Shown: piece after piece, positions 57,250 to 64,000 of the stretch
Layout of the letters: every line of letters starts with the position of its first letter
How positions within the stretch are numbered: position 1 is the stretch's first letter
DNA from: Eledone cirrhosa
Lineage: Eukaryota
Direction: 5' to 3'
Assembly: GCA_964016885.1 (NCBI GenBank)
Contig: OZ024741.1
Location: 30,132,001 to 30,196,000, forward strand
DNA length: 64,000 nt
Made by a program: the position numbers and the translations under genes
Notes under the pieces: generated by a model
What the model was told of the DNA's origin: nothing
Seen by the model: only the letters and a program-made list of their open reading frames with translations
Database searches by the model: none

Positions 57250-59975
57250 TAATATCCTATGGGCCATTCTGCAGACCCCTCTTACGTGCTCCACACAAGA
57301 TCTTTCAAATTCCTGTTTTCCATAAAAAAATGTTTTCCCACAAGAGGATCAATCAAAGGTAATGTATTCCCATGTATCTCTATTGCTTTTATGATATTAT
57401 CGATGTTATTGAAATACAGTCCTTATATCTGAGTTTTGGTTTATGTCTTGGCTATCACTAACACCCCGTAGAGTAATTGCCTAGGAATACGTTGGTCTAG
57501 CATTCTTACAACATGACTGCTTCAGCGCAATCTATATCGAATTATGAGAGATTCAGTATTTTCAACATGACTTCGTTCCAGCACATCAAAATCACTCATA
57601 TGTGATTGTCAATGGATAGTGTGTATTCGACAAAAAGACTGTTCATGAAGATGTTCAAGCAATTTTATATTTCGCAGCTATGTGAACCAAGTTTCACATA
57701 ATACAGCAATGAAGACAATACACATGTTCTGTACACCTTTAATTTCATATCAATAGAAATCATGTCGACGCAAGAGATGCCCATATAATTTACCAAAGGA
57801 ATCACTTGCATCCTTTATTCGTAAAGAGATTTCACAATCAAAGATTTTTGCCATGCTACCTGTGCTACCTAAATACACAAATTTATCCACGACTTTCAAT
57901 GTTTTCCCAAATACATAGATGCTAAGCACAGTGAAATCCTTACCGGATACAGGTTGATACTTGACAGCTATCTTGAGAAGACTGATTGTCAGACACAATG
58001 CACTGAATACCCCCGAAGAAGAGTGCTACATATCAGAATGAACATCAACATCATAATTATCTGAATGCAAACATGTACGTATTAGAGAAGCGAATAACTG
58101 TTGTTTGGCAACAAAACTGATTGATGTTAAATAAATAGGCCGTCGAACAGTACTTGATATAAATTTCATGTCTGCAATGTTCCAATGTCCCCAGAAAACC
58201 ATAGAAAAGAAAGCCATTGCAAACAGTAAAAATGGGACCTGACACCTGTCCACCCATATTGACACAAGCTTACATACTACAAGGAAAACCTCTCAGAAGT
58301 CCATTATCTGTCCAATGCCTTTGTTCTGTGGTTGTCTCACAGAGACGATCATGCCTGATATCCCTCTGTCACTTATAGACCCACACTGTGACCCAGGAGC
58401 AATATTTCAGTGATGTAATCAAGCAATCTATCCGGCAGGATCTTACACAAGATTTTTCTCTCATCTAACAAGAGGGCTATCACAAGATAATTACGACAAT
58501 CATCATTTGCAACTTTTCTTTATAAAGCTAAACAATCAATGTATCTTTCCAGGCTTGAGGGACACTTTCTTCCTCTTGAACCTTATGTATCAGGTTCCCA
58601 AGACGTCGAAAACGCTTTCGACTTCCACATGTCAGCACCTCAGCCCCTATACCATCCCAGTGTGACGATTTGCCATTATTACTTGGCAGTATCTGTAGAT
58701 GGTCGGACGCCATGCTTTGACGTATAGAGTTACGGCCCTTGCAATTCTGAGTTCAAATCCCGCCGAGGTTAACTTTGCTTTTCATCCTTACGGGGGCGAT
58801 AAAATAAAGTACCAGTAATGCACTGGTTAATTGCTGGCCTTGTGCCAAAAGTAGAAACAGTTATTACGTTGTTTTACAGTCACTTCCACTTCCACCAAGG
58901 TAGGGATTTCTGCTAGTACATCATCTCTAGTACAACTAGCAATTGAGTCAATAACCTCTCTATTGATATGAGAAGGGAGACCTATTCAAAAGTTCATAAA
59001 AGTATTTCCTCCTTCATCTTAAAAATGATATCCTTTGGGTTTCTAAATATTTCTTTGCCATTTTTAGATTTCATATGTACAAGTTGAGAAAAGTAAGAAC
59101 CATAGACGTCTCATAATAAATTGTATGTAGCTTTGTATTTTTGGAATCCGCCGCAGTCTCTTTACTTCTCCACCCTGCTGCTTACATACTATATAGTTTG
59201 CGCTATAAATTAACCTTCATATCCTTCATCAGTTCAATCCTTGCCCTACTGTAAACACTCATCATCCGTGTCTTCCTTTCATCAAGTACCATTTGAATGT
59301 CTTCCTCATTTTCATGAAACCAATCTTCATGGTTCCTATTAATAAAATCAATAGCAACAAAGCAAATTACTCGTGTTTCTGGCTTTACTAGAAATGTTAC
59401 CTTACTGCAAACAGGATGAAATAAGGACATCAAAGGTGACAGGAAAATCACACCTACGTACAAGAAAACCTAGGTGCATGCAGGTTCTCTTGTGCTTTTC
59501 CTTGTGATGGAAGAAAGTGTTAGCTATACAACGGCTTAGCTTCTGGTTATTTGCACGAATAACCGGCCAATGCTATTACATTTTCAACCCCATATGTACA
59601 ACTCACATCCCCTATTCTGTGATCCTTTCCAATCCTAGAATAAAATCTCAAGCCCGAAAAGTTTTTGTGATCAAGGAACCTTCCAAACAAATTTTGTTAT
59701 GGAAAGATGAATTGCAAAGTTTTCGTCAACTGTCGCGCACATAGTCGGACTATATACGGTTAGAAATGTAACACACCAACTTTTGGATAATGAGACCCTC
59801 AGAGAAATGAACAGATTAGAAAAGACACGGAGAAACTCATCTGATCTGAAAGCAATTGTATTTTTAACAGCAAATGCCATTCCAGCCTCTCTCCTGCACA
59901 TTTCGGACCCTCCACTGCAATAACAGTTGGTATTTCTGAAAAATGACACACCTCAACAAAGATAGGTTCAGACAA
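57250..59975 (-). mobile_element. Decayed RTE-like LINE (APE plus RT) interrupted by SINE A at 58683-58862 (+)
   Basis: AGMAFAVKN...FLTVYSPTM; DWFHENEEDI; NGKSSHWDGIGAE...VPQAWKD; LKVVDKFVYLGS...RIKDASDSFGKL. Confidence 0.8.
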
Positions 59976-59997
59976 AGCTACAACAGCCAACATACAT

Positions 59998-60058
<61 letters not shown>

Positions 60059-60072
60059 TACACACACACACA

Positions 60073-60136
<64 letters not shown>

Positions 60137-60272
60137 TACATACACACACACAGACACACACACATATATATATATGTTGTATCACAATTACTCCAATGCG
60201 TGTTCTCCAAATGAAATTGTTAAGCAAATTCTAAACGATATGGAAATCACTGGATATGGATCTAAACATATA

Positions 60273-60307
<35 letters not shown>

Positions 60308-60311
<4 letters not shown>

Positions 60312-60430
60312 CTGAAGACAGCATATATATGTGAAGGGATGTATATTTCCGCTGATAGTTTGTAATATTTTTACATGATCTATATGATATACGTACCAAC
60401 ACATATATATCCTAGAAACGATCGTAAAAT
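60308..60430 (+). ncRNA. Hammerhead with 96-nt domain II (solo pLTR between (TA)n runs)
   Basis: attt-CTGAAGA-cagcATATATATGTG...CACATATATATccta-GAAA-CGATCG-TA-aaat. Confidence 0.75.
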
Positions 60431-61228
60431 GATGCATTTTTTAATATAAGGAATTTGTTCTTTATTTTTATTGATTGTTTTTATTAATTTATATATATAT
60501 ATATATATAAATATAAGTATGTACACGTACATACATATATGTGTACAGGCGTACAGTAGTATATATATATATATACATATATGCACACATATATATATGT
60601 ACGTATGGATTCACCGAACATTTATTATAATGCTCGGTGTGTTTGTAAACACACATCCCGTATTAAGCCGTAGTGTCTAGCAACCATCGTTGCTCGTTTG
60701 TTCAACACTGACAAAGGAACGCTGTACTAGTTTCAAGCTTATTAGCTATCGTCAGCATCGTATACCTTCCTGCCAGATTGTTGAACGTATATACTTACCT
60801 TATGCATATTAATATATATGTATATATATACATACATATTTGGAAAAAGGAAAAGAATGACTTCACTTGTAATTCTAAACAATTTAATTTTATAATATAA
60901 TTTTGCAATTTGGTATTGTAGATCTTGTAAGTTCTTTGTTAACTTCGGTGGGGAGATTTTTTTAAAGATTGGTGGTTAACTTTCCTTGTCAACTGATCTT
61001 AGGTTGTGTTGGGATGTGGGTGTGACTGTTGTTAAAGAGTATGGGAGTGAAGGAGTGTTGATGAAATATATATACACAGTGAAATTAGTGAATGGTAATA
61101 GCAAGATCATTGATTGAGAGTGGAGTTGGGAGGTCATGGTGTGTGTGTTTAAGGAGTGTTTTAGAAAGGTCTTGTGCAAGTGGTCCCCTGCTGGTTCAAT
61201 TTCATGAAATGGAACCAGCAGGAGGGCA

Positions 61229-61312
<84 letters not shown>

Positions 61313-61333
61313 TATATGTATATATATATATAT

Positions 61334-62391
<1,058 letters not shown>

Positions 62392-62409
62392 TATATATAT
62401 ATATATATA

Positions 62410-62447
<38 letters not shown>

Positions 62448-62462
62448 TATATATATAAGTAT

Positions 62463-62527
<65 letters not shown>

Positions 62528-62575
62528 TATATATATAAGTATAACAATATATATATATATATATATATTTATTTA

Positions 62576-62626
<51 letters not shown>

Positions 62627-62629
62627 GCA

Positions 62630-62683
<54 letters not shown>

Positions 62684-62704
62684 TATATATATATATATAT
62701 ATAT

Positions 62705-63115
62705 AATATAAGATCAAAAGATGGTTAAAGGAGTTCCATGTATTTTATTATGCGCATTTCAAAAACAAACATCATCATGCAATAATATTTGTGTTTTCAT
62801 CAGATAAAACAGGAGAACATGATATGAAGGCTAAAAAACACTTGTGGATAGTGCAGTTTTAAATCAACATATCCATAACTGCACTATCCACAAGTGTTTT
62901 TTAGTCTTCATATCATGTTCTCCTGTTTTATCTGATGAAAACACAAATATTATTGCATGGTGATGTTTGTTTTTGAAATGCGCATAATAAAATACATGGA
63001 ACTCCTTTAACCATCTTTTGATCTTATATTATGCATACTCCAGTCCTACAAACTGTAGAGTGCTTCTTATCCGATATCTGCATTGCTTTATTGTACAACA
63101 ATAAAACTCACCTCC

Positions 63116-63119
<4 letters not shown>
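62705..63119. mobile_element. Fold-back family C, second full copy; HHRs at 62746-62806 (-) and 62929-62989 (+)
   Basis: tat-CTGATGA-aaacacAAATATTATtgcATGGTGATGTTTgttttt-GAAA-TGCGCA-TA-ata; same tail as 16100-16190. Confidence 0.92.
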
Positions 63120-63182
<63 letters not shown>

Positions 63183-64000
63183 GTAGATATATATATAATA
63201 TTTAATACATCAACAGAGAAAGCTTTAAGTAATACTCCGACTGACTTCCGTCTCACTCAATAAACACTAGGATATACCTTAGTATAATCCCAATCATACG
63301 TTTGGGGTGCTAACTATATGTATTTTACGGATAGCCAGTTGTATTATTTTATATGAGACATAATTAAATTCACCCCTCTTTCCAAAATGATCGTTTCATT
63401 ATAAGTTTTCTACAAGTTGGGAAACAAATGTCCAGGTTATGTAGAAGCTTACACATAATATATAGGAATATATGCAGGTGGGCACTTATAAATCATGAGT
63501 GGATGCCCAACAATATCGATATAAAAAAAAACCCTACCGATATTAACATTCAGCGATGGTACCCGCCAGTGTTAGAGTGACCGCCAAATTTGAAATTCCA
63601 GCAGTCTCCCAATGAGAAATCTCACACCTTCACCGAGCGGGAAGGGGAGGTCATCGCAAAACATAAAAGGATAAAATAATATGCACGCAGGTCAATTAAT
63701 AATGTCAAGAATTTTAACCATTCGTGAAGAACTCAATTGGATATAATATATATATATATATATATATATAATTCCATGCTAAGATGCAGTCTTTTTACGC
63801 TTAGGGATATATAACTTGGTCTCCTCTATTCAACTATGTAGTACTTTTGGATGATGTGTTTTGATAATACTTCAATATATATTTGCTTTTTTACTTTGAT
63901 GATTCTATTTAGTCAACATTAACTCCTTTGGACTGTTTGGAAATTAATAATTATTATTATGACTGGATTACTTAGTCGAACCTTTTTTAAATGCATTATT

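Overview
AT-rich, microsatellite-laden animal DNA, probably a coleoid cephalopod such as Octopus (inferred from the recurring tRNA-derived SINE and the repeat landscape). No host gene is recognisable. The window holds six decayed Penelope-like retroelements (PLEs; RT plus C-terminal GIY-YIG), a near full-length broken Helitron followed by a tandem non-autonomous Helitron, LINE fragments (RTE-like, CR1/L2-like) and about 13 SINE copies. The main signal is non-coding. By eye I find about 24 type-I hammerhead ribozyme (HHR) motifs, some degenerate. They lie in PLE pseudo-LTRs and in several families of short, ORF-less fold-back elements inserted in (TA)n, which carry one HHR per arm and a one-sided tail. 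Several HHRs have a 90-104 nt domain II, an extra nucleotide after A9, or core variants (U3-A8, C4). Coordinates and pairings were read manually, may be a few bases off, and no folding or database search was run.
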